NCBI GenBank assembly: GCA_963807605.1
Contig: CAWECG010000003.1
Location: 992,001-1,056,000 of the forward strand
Direction: 5' to 3'
Length of the DNA stretch: 64,000 nt
DNA from: Candidatus Bathyarchaeota archaeon
GTDB taxonomy: Archaea > Thermoproteota > Bathyarchaeia > 40CM-2-53-6 > RBG-13-38-9
The notes beneath the pieces were generated by a model that was not told where the DNA came from, searched no databases, and worked only from the letters and a program-made list of their open reading frames with translations. The translations under genes and the position numbers were made by a program. Positions 9,399 through 18,874 of the stretch are shown in pieces (the stretch's first letter is position 1; each line of letters opens with the position of its first letter).

Positions 9399-9641
9399 GG
9401 TAGTTGATAGAAAAATAATTATTGATTAATAATTATGTTATTGTCAGGCCTCGAGAAATCTCCTCGCCAAAGCGCTGTCCCCTAAGGTGGACGTTAGCGC
9501 GATTGAGGATAGCCTGGATGCGAAGCCATAATGCCCCACCAGTGGGCGAATAGGCGCATGCCAAACATACTCATCCAGGAACAAAGATAGAAGAGGGGCC
9601 TTCACATAGGCGCGCTTCCAGGGGCTCAGTAGACTGCCGGC

Positions 9642-10403
9642 TCAAGATATGTAGCTGGTAGTCTTCTCAGAGATGCTGCCTTTCAGGGCGAGATCCATCT
9701 TATCCTCAGCTTGGCGCACTTTCAACTCTATCTCATCCATCCTCACGATATCCCTATCAATGCCTTCAAAGTTGACATCGATCCCCAGTAGTCTAGTCAA
9801 GATCTTCAGGACATTCTTGGCAGCTTTGGGATCTGGCACGTAGCCAACCGTCTCCCCCAGCAGGCATATGGCGGGTAGATCACGAGGCTGTGCTAGCCCC
9901 AATATCAGCCCAGATACCCCTACCACCGGTATACCTGACCTGTTGACTACCACGCCTAGTTCAGTCAGCTTATTTACTATCTCGATCTTTGTCGCTGCGC
10001 CGATGACCTTTGCTTCATCTTTTTTCTCTGAGCTGTAGCCTCCGACAGTAACTATGAGCTTGGCTGAGTGTTCAGCCGCGTAATTCATGATTATATCCGC
10101 GATCTCATACTGGCCTACTGAGGTTTGAGGTTGGCAGTCGCCCGTTATAACAAGTATCTCTTTTCTATCGGTCCTGCTGCGCCAGTGGTATAATTCATTT
10201 CTGGGGAGTCTGACCAGTCCTTTTCTATCGACTATCGCGTAGTAAGGGAACTGTGGGGAGTAGAGTGTTGCTATCCTCTTGGCTTTGAGGCTCCTGATGA
10301 CCTCTTGAGCTACTATTCTACCCACAGATCCTAGACCGGGCAGACCTTCTATGATCACAGGTTCACGGGGTCTGATCTTCGATTCTACCATTGAGGTCTT
10401 CAT
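9642..10403 (-). CDS. proteasome assembly chaperone (PAC2) family protein
   Basis: IEGLPGLGSVG, GDCQP, TVGG, CLLGET, PDPKAA; usual position after nop10. Confidence 0.9.
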   Translation of the reverse strand: MKTSMVESKIRPREPVIIEGLPGLGSVGRIVAQEVIRSLKAKRIATLYSPQFPYYAIVDRKGLVRLPRNELYHWRSRTDRKEILVITGDCQPQTSVGQYEIADIIMNYAAEHSAKLIVTVGGYSSEKKDEAKVIGAATKIEIVNKLTELGVVVNRSGIPVVGVSGLILGLAQPRDLPAICLLGETVGYVPDPKAAKNVLKILTRLLGIDVNFEGIDRDIVRMDEIELKVRQAEDKMDLALKGSISEKTTSYIS

Positions 10404-10557
10404 GGCGACTCGGTTTCTGCACTCTGTAGCGTGCATACTTGTCTGTTGGTGAGAATTTTGACGGGATCGGGCTCACAGTCTCAACGTTACACTTGGGGCA
10501 GATGTCCTTGAGCGTATATTCTCGGCATCTAGTACATCTGCGTATTTGCCATTTCAA
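10363..10557 (-). CDS. nop10: H/ACA RNP protein Nop10
   Basis: RCxxC..YTLK..CPKC...P.KFSP.DKY..YR. Confidence 0.93.
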   Translation of the reverse strand: MKWQIRRCTRCREYTLKDICPKCNVETVSPIPSKFSPTDKYARYRVQKPSRHEDLNGRIEDQTP

Positions 10558-11333
10558 TCTAGCTGGCGTCCCGCTCCTCCCAGGTTTCGGATAGAGTTCA
10601 AGGCTTCATTCACGGCATCTTGCAGAATCTTCTCAGCTTCAGAATAGTCTCTCGCGATGACCTCGATCCTATACTTCGGAGCCCCGATGGTGTAGATGTC
10701 TACCGTGGCATCCTTTGGCGTCTTGATTGTCTTTGCGTTTATGAGGGCGGTCTTGATCTGATCGATCCCATCAGGTTTCAGGCTGGAGATCTCGACTGTC
10801 GCCTCAACTTCTGCGGTCTCGATCTTGATCTTTTGCTTGGCAGTCTCAGCCAAGGCTGATGCCCATTCAGGCGATATATCGAGCTTCGTGAATGTCTTCT
10901 CGCCCATCTCAGCGGACTCTTCTAGTGCATCGAAGATATTCGTATACTTCGATAGGATCTTGTTCTTGATCTCCTCGATCTTGTCCGGGGTCGTGCTTAA
11001 TTTCTCGGATGCAAATTTGAGTATCGACTCCGCCCTCTTGTTCTTCTTCCAGTCGAGTAACTTCTCGGTCTTCTCTCTGCCGGTTACTCTTCTAAGTGAG
11101 AGGTCTATCTGTCCCTTCTGAGGATTAACTCTGAGGACTTTGAGAACTAGCTTCTGTCCTTCTCTTGCATGGTCTCTTATGTTCCTGACCCAGGTAGTAG
11201 ATATCTCTGAGATATGTACCAGAGCCTCTCTGCCATTGAACTCATCGAGTTTAACGTAGATACCGTAGTCAGTTAGTCTCGTTACGGTAGCTATTACGAC
11301 ATCCCCGACTTCCGGGTATCCTTGGAACGAGAT
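10554..11333 (-). CDS. eif2a: translation initiation factor aIF2 alpha (probable ATC start)
   Basis: Frame open from 10554 to the TAG at 11346-11348; manual translation adds the S1 domain YPEVGDVVIATV...KLDEF...HISEISTTWVRNI...KGQIDLSLRRV that the ORF track misses. Confidence 0.92.
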   Translation of the reverse strand: MSFQGYPEVGDVVIATVTRLTDYGIYVKLDEFNGREALVHISEISTTWVRNIRDHAREGQKLVLKVLRVNPQKGQIDLSLRRVTGREKTEKLLDWKKNKRAESILKFASEKLSTTPDKIEEIKNKILSKYTNIFDALEESAEMGEKTFTKLDISPEWASALAETAKQKIKIETAEVEATVEISSLKPDGIDQIKTALINAKTIKTPKDATVDIYTIGAPKYRIEVIARDYSEAEKILQDAVNEALNSIRNLGGAGRQLD

Positions 11334-11345
11334 CCTGATCCTCTC

Positions 11346-11540
11346 CTACGTTAGTATTTGTATGACCTCGCCCTTTATTGAGGCCTTTCCACCGGAGGGC
11401 TCAGCCAAGACCTCATCGCATACGTTACATCTGATTATTGTAGAGCATCTCTCGAACACAGTCTGTTCGTTAGAGCATTTAGGGCATCTTACTGTTAGGA
11501 AAGTGCTTTCTGGTTTGGGGATGAGACCTCTCTTGACCAT
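11346..11540 (-). CDS. rps27e: 30S ribosomal protein S27e
   Basis: IPKPES.FL.V.CPKC.NEQ.VF...C..C..L..P.GGKA. Confidence 0.95.
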   Translation of the reverse strand: MVKRGLIPKPESTFLTVRCPKCSNEQTVFERCSTIIRCNVCDEVLAEPSGGKASIKGEVIQILT

Positions 11541-11544
11541 ATTC

Positions 11545-11823
11545 TCAGGCTCCTAGTTCCAGCTTTCTCAGCCTTATGCCCTTCTTCTGAAGTGTGAATC
11601 CACAAGTCTTGCATTTGAGCTTAAGAACTTGTTTCTTAGTAGTCTTTGCTGTACGTTTCAGTTCAGGCCATTTCTGGCCCCCATAGCCATGCTTCTCGCG
11701 TTCGTGCCTTCTCACTCCCCCGGCTAAGGTTCTTTCGCGTCCTTTCTTATAGACAGCGACAGCGTGTGGAGTGTGGTGTTTACATTTCGGGCAGAAAGTG
11801 TTGAGCTCCTTAGTCATCTTCAT
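11545..11823 (-). CDS. rpl44e: 50S ribosomal protein L44e
   Basis: TFCPKCKHHT.H, GYGGQK, KTTKK..L.LKC..CG. Confidence 0.95.
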   Translation of the reverse strand: MKMTKELNTFCPKCKHHTPHAVAVYKKGRERTLAGGVRRHEREKHGYGGQKWPELKRTAKTTKKQVLKLKCKTCGFTLQKKGIRLRKLELGA

Positions 11824-11934
11824 GCTTACGCACCAAGCAGAGGCATAGTACAACGTCTATATGCGCTATTTATTCGTTTTTAAAGAATATGCGACGTGTC
11901 AACGTCTGTATTTACTCGGCTAGATCTGGATTTC

Positions 11935-12504
11935 TCAACGTTTCACTTCTATCTTCACCGCGGCTTTCTGACGAATCAGTGCCTCAGCGTTATCTCGAGG
12001 CAGTGTTGCTACATCTTCAGGCTCAAAGGGCCCATAAGTCTCCATGTCCACCGCCACAATGGCTGGAATCTTGGCCGTGAACCTGACCACGATTTTTTCA
12101 GTTTCCAAGTCTGCTTTGGCTCTTGAGTCGACGTTTCCCCCTTCGAGTATTCTCTCTCTCAAGTTATCATGATCCTCAAAGGCTTCCAGCACTCTCTTGT
12201 AGATCGCCGCCTCTTCCACTGCAAGTTGTTGTCGAGAAAGATCTTTGTGTTCAAAGCCACCACTGATCAGTTTCTGGAGTCTTGTCTCCATTAATGAAGA
12301 GAACAATTTTTGAGCATTGTCAAGCTCCATATTGAGAATACGATACTTTAGCGTCTTCTCGTCTAACATTCTGAGTTCTTCATGAATCTTCTTGATATAC
12401 TGACTGATCTCCGTGAAGAAATGAGGCTCAAGCGGCTGAAGATCTTCGGAATCGAACTTCTCTTTTCGCCAGGCACTGTAAAGTCTATTATGCAACTTGT
12501 TCAA
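11935..12504 (-). CDS. DNA replication GINS family protein (Gins51-like)
   Basis: Helical A domain (LQPL...F) then B domain YGPFEPEDVATLP..NAEALI; adjacent to priS. Confidence 0.85.
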   Translation of the reverse strand: MNKLHNRLYSAWRKEKFDSEDLQPLEPHFFTEISQYIKKIHEELRMLDEKTLKYRILNMELDNAQKLFSSLMETRLQKLISGGFEHKDLSRQQLAVEEAAIYKRVLEAFEDHDNLRERILEGGNVDSRAKADLETEKIVVRFTAKIPAIVAVDMETYGPFEPEDVATLPRDNAEALIRQKAAVKIEVKR

Positions 12505-13747
12505 TCACCGGGTGTGCTCTACCTTTGCAGAGCATCAGAATGGCAGCTGCAGTGGGAACAGTAACGTCAACATCATTGAATGGTCCATATTCTTCTCCGC
12601 CTATCATAAATCGTGGGACCTCCTCAACGTGTACGGTCTCATGACCCTCAAAAACTGTAGCTCGCCTCAGCGGGTTGAACTGGGGAAGTTCATCCATCTT
12701 GACCTGCATTGCTCTGAAGCCCGTCTTTCCATTGAGAGTCTCTGGAAGTCTTATCAGTCTATGGGTATCTGTCGTCACGACGGTATCTATGTTTACAGAC
12801 TCTAAGGATGCTGCCTTATGGATAATCAGCTTCCAGGTGTGTCTTCCCACGCCTTCGATCGGTCGCCAATATGGTCTATCCCCTTTGGGTTCTTCGCTTC
12901 TTGATTTCACTATGGAGTCTACTGTCTTGCTCGCCAGATCCATTTTCTTGAGCGTTTCTTGGTCTGCTTCAAACAGGATATACTTCAGTCGTTTGGCCAG
13001 TCTCCCTCTCCAACCGGGATCGTTAGGTGTCGGGCCGTCGGCAATGTTAAGTCTTCCCTCGAGGTCGTATAGACCCAAGAGAGCTGGATCCAGTCCTGTA
13101 CCTGTAATGTAATCTGTCATCTCCTTTCTTTCTTCTGAGCTGAGACTTTTGACGTCTTCAGAGTCTACATGAAGGTGGTAGCCTCTGTGTCCTGAGAAGT
13201 TGGTTTTCATATGCTCGAGGCTTACTCCAAAATCTGAATTAAGTACGTTGATAAGCTTCAGGACCTCCTCCCTCGCCTTCTCCAAGCAATCTTGGCACAT
13301 CCAAATGTCTTCCCTGAAGCGCTGTCCTTTACAGTCTGGACAATTCTGTGGTGCCTTGCCATGACCTGAGGCTTTGCAACTCATGCAGACCCATCTATCA
13401 TGGATCTTCTTGCACTCTGTGTCGATATGATCGGCATCTATGTCGAAGATGAGGTCTGAGCCAATCCAGCCTTTCCTATCCATGGGTGACTCGGGATCGG
13501 TATAGTAAGCAGCCGAGTAGTAGACATCCGATGGGATCCTTGTCTCGATGAACTTTCTCAAGCCACTAATTTGCGTGAATGATCTGTGCCTAATCATTTG
13601 ACCTTCTGAAAATAAAAGGAAGCCGAATTCTCTCCTTTCCATTGTTTGCGGAGGAGAGATGGTGTCTTCGTTCTTCTTGTAGTATTCAGAGAACCTGAGT
13701 TTTATCAAAGATCGAGTTAGTTGCTTTAGGTTCTCTGAGTTCTTCAT
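12488..13747 (-). CDS. priS: DNA primase catalytic subunit
   Basis: REFGF, DLIFDIDAD, FSGHRGYH, IDTVVT.D.HRLIRLP.TL.GKTG; Cys-rich Zn insertion. Confidence 0.95.
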   Translation of the reverse strand: MKNSENLKQLTRSLIKLRFSEYYKKNEDTISPPQTMERREFGFLLFSEGQMIRHRSFTQISGLRKFIETRIPSDVYYSAAYYTDPESPMDRKGWIGSDLIFDIDADHIDTECKKIHDRWVCMSCKASGHGKAPQNCPDCKGQRFREDIWMCQDCLEKAREEVLKLINVLNSDFGVSLEHMKTNFSGHRGYHLHVDSEDVKSLSSEERKEMTDYITGTGLDPALLGLYDLEGRLNIADGPTPNDPGWRGRLAKRLKYILFEADQETLKKMDLASKTVDSIVKSRSEEPKGDRPYWRPIEGVGRHTWKLIIHKAASLESVNIDTVVTTDTHRLIRLPETLNGKTGFRAMQVKMDELPQFNPLRRATVFEGHETVHVEEVPRFMIGGEEYGPFNDVDVTVPTAAAILMLCKGRAHPVIEQVA

Positions 13748-13943
13748 GGGTCAGTTACCCTTCCATCCAGATCTCCACGTATGACTATTTAGATATCTAT
13801 GAAAGAGACCTATGTCTTATAATCAGACGATCATCGTAGGTGCGATATCTTTCGGCGGATCTCCCGTACTCGAGTCGCGAAGATGAGTGAGATTCTCGTT
13901 AGACACGCAGTTCAGGTTACCTAGGAGGTCAAGCACTCTTTGC

Positions 13944-14975
13944 TCAGGCTTTCCTCCTCGGAATAGTTCTTTTTCTTCTGTAGTACATCATAGGATGTCT
14001 AACCTTACCGCATAGTTCATCAGGCCCGGGGCATAATCCATGGGTCTTCAGCGTATCACATTTGGGAGGCGTATACTTGGTTCTGCCACCTCTTACGCCA
14101 CTTATGTGCTCGACCTGATATCTTGTCTTCCTTTCATCAAAGTCTGACGCCGACTTGAAGAAGCTCACTACTTCATCTTCTGTAGCACCTGTATTCACCA
14201 AGAAAGATGTCAGGGTGAACCTGCCGACGTGAGATAGCCTCCCGCCAGAGGATAGCGTGTCTAGTAATTTCTTGATACAGGGTGGCATATCTGCGACTTC
14301 CAAACCAAGAGTCTGCGCTTGGGTTTGGTAGGTACTTCCGCTTGATGCAAGTTCTCTTATGGATTTGATAGCCTCCTGAAGAGCGCTCGGTGGTTCGACA
14401 GTGGGACGCCTAGTTTTCTGAAGTATCTTTCTTTGAATCTCCTCCTCTATCAGTCGTGACGCCTCATCGCTTGTCAGTCTTACGTAACCTGATCCGAGGG
14501 TGCGGTTTGTGAGTTTCCATTTAAGTTCATTCAAATCGCAGGTATTGCTTAGAAAATCTTTGAAATGGAGAAGGAAATCTCCTTCTTGTCCTCCACCTTC
14601 ATCAAGATGCCTAATCTTCCAGCTGAAAGTTTCCTTTGCAATTCTAAGGATCTTGTCCGGAGGTTCATCCTTCAGTTTCTTAGAGAAGCTCTTTGACTCA
14701 GCGACAGCGTATCTTCTCTTGGAGTTCTCGCTGTCTGAGTACGCCATTAGCATGATGGCTGTCGGAAAAGACGGGACTTCTATGTTCGGATCCTCTTCTT
14801 GGGGTGAGAGCTCATCAGGCTTGAGCAGTGACTGTCGGATCCTCTGTTCCGCTCTCTTGAGGATCGCGCCATACGGTTCTGTGATCAAATCGCCAATTTC
14901 TATTCCGAGGTTCTTAACAAAGTCTGCTGCTTCATTTGTGAACGGATATCGTGCCTTATCTCTTTCCGAACTCAT
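13944..14975 (-). CDS. priL: DNA primase large subunit
   Basis: RYPF, PPCI, H.GRF, DFDE..T.YQVEHI, YTPPKC, C..V.HP..YY. Confidence 0.93.
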   Translation of the reverse strand: MSSERDKARYPFTNEAADFVKNLGIEIGDLITEPYGAILKRAEQRIRQSLLKPDELSPQEEDPNIEVPSFPTAIMLMAYSDSENSKRRYAVAESKSFSKKLKDEPPDKILRIAKETFSWKIRHLDEGGGQEGDFLLHFKDFLSNTCDLNELKWKLTNRTLGSGYVRLTSDEASRLIEEEIQRKILQKTRRPTVEPPSALQEAIKSIRELASSGSTYQTQAQTLGLEVADMPPCIKKLLDTLSSGGRLSHVGRFTLTSFLVNTGATEDEVVSFFKSASDFDERKTRYQVEHISGVRGGRTKYTPPKCDTLKTHGLCPGPDELCGKVRHPMMYYRRKRTIPRRKA

Positions 14976-14984
14976 TTAGTATTC

Positions 14985-15740
14985 TTACTCTGCCTCTATC
15001 CTCGGCGCCATATAATATGTGAGCCTTCCTTGTTGAGGCATCTCAAATTCGAGCCTTACCGGCATATTCGTTGAGAATTCCATCGAAGCAACCTCTGAGG
15101 TTGCCGATCCCGCCTTGACCATCTCGCCTAGGTAGTTGAGGTTGAATGTGGCAGCCGCATTTTCCTTGACGTCTAACTCGAGTAGGGCACCGTCATTCTT
15201 GGTTAGTTCCATACTTACGTTGCTCAATTCAGAAGTTGCCTTGACAAGGAGCTTATCTTGACTCGCCTCAAACCTGATATTGTCACTCACAGTCTCGCTA
15301 TCCTCGACAATCTCCTTCAGTGTCTCGGACATCAGTTTGATCTTAGCATTGAAGGTGAGTTTGGGTGTAGGGACCTCTTCTTCTACAGGTTCAAGTGTGG
15401 GCATAGTGAATTTCTTCAGTATCTTTCCTTTCAGAGTCAGATTGACCTTCTTGTTCTCCTCATCGTATGACATCTCTAAACTCTCTTCACTCTTGCCCCT
15501 TCTCAGGAGTTTGAGCATCGTGGAGACATTGACCCTAATGTTTGTGGGTTTGTCGCAGACATATTCCTCGAAGGCCACTTTGGGCCATTCAAAATCTACC
15601 ATCGCCACGTGAGAGGGGTCCATCGACCTTAACTTCAGACCTTCGCTGGTGGTGTTGAAATCTGCCTCCTCGATCAGAGTCGATATGGCTGTCAAGAGAT
15701 TCTTCCATATCTTAGCGTCTTGAACTACTGCTTTGAACAT
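14985..15740 (-). CDS. pcna: DNA polymerase sliding clamp PCNA
   Basis: MDPSHVAMV, YYMAPRIE. Confidence 0.97.
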   Translation of the reverse strand: MFKAVVQDAKIWKNLLTAISTLIEEADFNTTSEGLKLRSMDPSHVAMVDFEWPKVAFEEYVCDKPTNIRVNVSTMLKLLRRGKSEESLEMSYDEENKKVNLTLKGKILKKFTMPTLEPVEEEVPTPKLTFNAKIKLMSETLKEIVEDSETVSDNIRFEASQDKLLVKATSELSNVSMELTKNDGALLELDVKENAAATFNLNYLGEMVKAGSATSEVASMEFSTNMPVRLEFEMPQQGRLTYYMAPRIEAE

Positions 15741-15801
15741 AGATATCCCTAATCCTCCCTACTTGATTAAGCAAAAGGGCTTCTTTTCAGTTTTGGTCTG
15801 T

Positions 15802-16137
15802 CTAGGAGGTCTCACGCCAAGTCGAACCGCAGCGGACACATCTGAAGAACTGAGTTGATGATTCATCGGCGCCGCGTGTCTGCACAAGCCAGTAGAATGC
15901 CTCTGGATGGCCGCACTTCGGGCAGACTGCTGATGTCTTCGGTAGAGTCCTTATTTTCTGTTCCTCTCGACCGATGACGACTATCTTCTCCTTTTCATGC
16001 TTTATCTTTTCGACTTCTTTTGCGGCTTTCTTGGTTTCATAGTTGCACTTGGGACAGACAAGAACTACTTTTTTCTCTTTCTTAGTAGGTACTAGAGTCA
16101 TTCCACAATTCGGACAAAACTGCATCTTCTGGAGCAA
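15802..16137 (-). CDS. tfs: transcription factor S (likely start at ATG 16125)
   Basis: Two Zn ribbons; QTRGADE acidic hairpin. Confidence 0.93.
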   Translation of the reverse strand: MLQKMQFCPNCGMTLVPTKKEKKVVLVCPKCNYETKKAAKEVEKIKHEKEKIVVIGREEQKIRTLPKTSAVCPKCGHPEAFYWLVQTRGADESSTQFFRCVRCGSTWRETS

Positions 16138-16214
16138 CCGTCCGTGCCATTACCCCGTGAGCCTCATTTAAGGATTACTGCAGATAACGGCAATTTGAAT
16201 GCAGCCACATCGTT

Positions 16215-16811
16215 TCACAGGATTGTCTCGGGCATCTGTTGAACTAACGTTCTTGCGAGTAAGCGTGCAACTCTCAAAGGGTCTGGAATGGCGCCTTGAA
16301 GGGTGAATCGATCAAGGATCCTTACGGCCTCCTTCCTGTCAAGTCCCAAGTATCGAGCAAAGACTGTCTTTCCAGTGTGGAGCCTCAGTTCTTCCCTTTC
16401 CCCATTCTCTTTGTATTGGGTAATCCTCTCTTCAGCTCTGGTTCCAAAGTATTCCAAGAAGTATTTCTCCAAGCCTTCAGATTCCTCATAGGTAGTGCAG
16501 ATCACGGGAAGGCCTGTGTCCTTGTGGACTCTCCCCAAGTTTATTATATTGAACCAGCTGATGATGCAGCCATTCAGAAATATGAAGTTGATATCCTCTC
16601 TGTGGAGCGTCTGGTAGAGCTCGATCACGCAGTCTGTTGCATCCATACCTCCAACAGTTGTTCTTGAGAAAGAGAAGCCATCCAGAATTAGGTCTGCACG
16701 CATGACGACTCCGGCAAGAATAGATTTCTTGCTCTTACTTTTAATGAAGCTCTCTGAAATGCCTAGGACTCTAACGCCTCTCTTATCGACATGTATCCTC
16801 GGAGTATTCAC
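16215..16811 (-). CDS. DUF99 family (endonuclease V-like/endonuclease dU) protein
   Basis: GISESF, VGGMDAT, ISWFNII, G.IPDPLRVA. Confidence 0.85.
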   Translation of the reverse strand: MNTPRIHVDKRGVRVLGISESFIKSKSKKSILAGVVMRADLILDGFSFSRTTVGGMDATDCVIELYQTLHREDINFIFLNGCIISWFNIINLGRVHKDTGLPVICTTYEESEGLEKYFLEYFGTRAEERITQYKENGEREELRLHTGKTVFARYLGLDRKEAVRILDRFTLQGAIPDPLRVARLLARTLVQQMPETIL

Positions 16812-16881
16812 CGTTACCTCCCCTAAGTAGTGCGTACTCCTATTCTAAACAATAGCTTTCTTGGAGGGTGCGCGGTTGGAC

Positions 16882-17256
16882 TCACGAATTGTGCAGCTGT
16901 TCTATTCGTTTTTTTGCGACATTTATCATTTGAGTGAAGCTTTCTTGAGGGTTCGGATTCTTCCTCAGAATTTCAATTGCCTCTTCACAAGCCATGAGCT
17001 TGTTCTGCCAAGCATAGACCAGAAGGGCCTCAGCAGCATTCGCAATCTCGTTTCTTCCCGTTCTCTTGGGAAGCATTCCCCTGAGTCCAGATGCCCTGGC
17101 TGCATCTGCAAGTATGCGATCGCTGACCTTAACCCCAGTTGGTTTACCTTGGATCTCGGTTAGCGCCAGAGAATAGATGAAATTAATATATGCGTCTCCG
17201 AGTCTTGCTAGGCCTTTGTCTACTAGGATCTTTTTGAGTTCGTCCGTTCCCATCAC
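16882..17256 (-). CDS. archaeal ribonuclease III-like protein
   Basis: DKGLARLGDAYINFIYSLA...NAAEAL; located after rpoL. Confidence 0.8.
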   Translation of the reverse strand: MMGTDELKKILVDKGLARLGDAYINFIYSLALTEIQGKPTGVKVSDRILADAARASGLRGMLPKRTGRNEIANAAEALLVYAWQNKLMACEEAIEILRKNPNPQESFTQMINVAKKRIEQLHNS

Positions 17257-17537
17257 GGACTTCCTGTAGCTTGTCTAAACTTCGTCAGGAACTCATCGGT
17301 TCTCTCTGTAATCTTCTTCAAAGCTCGTTCAAGCACTTTGCTTGGATCAGCATCTTTCTTTACCTTGAGGTAGACCACGGATCTTAGCGTCAGGGGATGT
17401 GGCATGTCGTATCCAGCCATCTTGATGCCACGCTCCTCCAGCAGAGTATTTTGAAGAAGGTTGCAGAAGGTATGTCCTTCCCCCTCTATCTCTAACCTCA
17501 ATTCATCTGCAGTCTTCTTGAGAATATTGATCTTCAA
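17253..17537 (-). CDS. rpoL: RNA polymerase subunit L (Rpo11)
   Basis: EGEGHTFCNLL...AGY..PHPL; TTG start at 17537. Confidence 0.93.
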   Translation of the reverse strand: MKINILKKTADELRLEIEGEGHTFCNLLQNTLLEERGIKMAGYDMPHPLTLRSVVYLKVKKDADPSKVLERALKKITERTDEFLTKFRQATGSP

Positions 17538-17550
17538 GCATATCCCGTTC

Positions 17551-18114
17551 CTAGGACGCGTAATCTTCAGCCAGTTTTCTCTTCTCGGTGTTATTGCATC
17601 TTTCACATTTCAGGAGTCTTCGTCTTAAAGCGAGTGGATGGCCACAATTTGAACAATAGGCCTTCAGCACTCCCAGATTTGGTCCGACGGTCATAAGCCT
17701 GATGATGCCATCGGCAGTGCTTGCAACTTTGGCTCTAACTTGGTCTAGTTGCCTACAGACATCGGTCATGCTTCTTTCATAACTCGGGCTCGACGCTGAT
17801 ATGTGTAAAAGTCCAGTGAATGGTGTCGACAGAGCCTTGTCACCGATCTTGATGATGTCTATCACAGCCATCTTTTCCTGAACATGCGTCGCTACGCCTG
17901 TTACGATCCCTCCTTCCAAGGGTAGAGTTGGTGTCCTCCTAGGAACTACTGAAACAATCTTCCTTGATGGATCCGCTCTCGCGTTCCCAACGAACTGTGA
18001 ATATATGCTTCCGTCAATTTCGTATGTGCCTTCGCCGGGTGTGAATTCTTCGATAACCCCGAGTTTTGAGCCCGGAACTACGAATCTTTCACGATCGACA
18101 TTTCTTGTAGGCAT
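17551..18114 (-). CDS. csl4: exosome RNA-binding subunit Csl4
   Basis: VVPG..LG..EEF..G.GTY; S1 domain; LGV..AYCS.CG..C..C..E.RKLA. Confidence 0.93.
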   Translation of the reverse strand: MPTRNVDRERFVVPGSKLGVIEEFTPGEGTYEIDGSIYSQFVGNARADPSRKIVSVVPRRTPTLPLEGGIVTGVATHVQEKMAVIDIIKIGDKALSTPFTGLLHISASSPSYERSMTDVCRQLDQVRAKVASTADGIIRLMTVGPNLGVLKAYCSNCGHPLALRRRLLKCERCNNTEKRKLAEDYAS

Positions 18115-18874
18115 GAATAGACTACCAGACCTTACTGGCTAACTACATTCGGTCCTGACTTCTCACGTTAGTTCTCAAAGTCGTCATATTAACATTGTTA
18201 TTCTGTTGTGTTTGTTCGCGTCTTCACGCGTGCGTCCCACTACTTTTCTTCTCCAAGGCTAAACAGCGACGCGTCTTAGATTAGGCAATTTGTTTTCGTT
18301 AAGCTTTTGTTGGGTTAGTCAGGTGTTCTTGGCTGAATCTAAAAGGTAACGCAGGTATTTCGCAAGCTCAGACTTTGGATGCTCAAGCACGCGCTTTAGC
18401 CTTCTTCGCTGATCTCTTTCGTCGAGTGAAAGTTGCCTGCCTAAAAATGATTTTGCCGAGTCTCTAAATTTAATTAGTCGTTTTTTTAGGAAATGAATAT
18501 ACATCTGTCGCCATGGTTGTGTTTACTCAGAAACTTCTCAGGGTACAGGCCTGACAGAGTAGCTCGGTCGCTTTTCCAATACCTGTACTTCGTCAGGATA
18601 ATCTTTTTTCGCCCTGTGGGAGAGCTCGTATTCCGAGAGCCATCTTTGTGGCATTTTTAGCCTGTTCATTCATGAGTTTTCGCTAAACTTCTGCAAGGCG
18701 TCTTGTGGCTTCTAATTTTCCAGCCATCTGTCACATGAGGATCTCGTACTGCTCCATCTTCTCCTGTATCTTCCGGAGGTCTAAGTCGGTAGTTCCAGAC
18801 ATGATATTCATTTTCTTAGCGATTCGGTACTGCTTCAAGAGTGTACGCACGCGCTGGCATGTCCAAGATTAGGT

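Noticed and set aside
9396-9410. Selenocysteine readthrough or an intron at the aglB TGA
   Set aside because: More in-frame stops follow at once and no second exon lies downstream in the window.
11346-11348. Pyrrolysine readthrough fusing rps27e to aIF2alpha
   Set aside because: TAG ends many ordinary genes here, no pyl genes are in the window, and an SD plus ATC is simpler.
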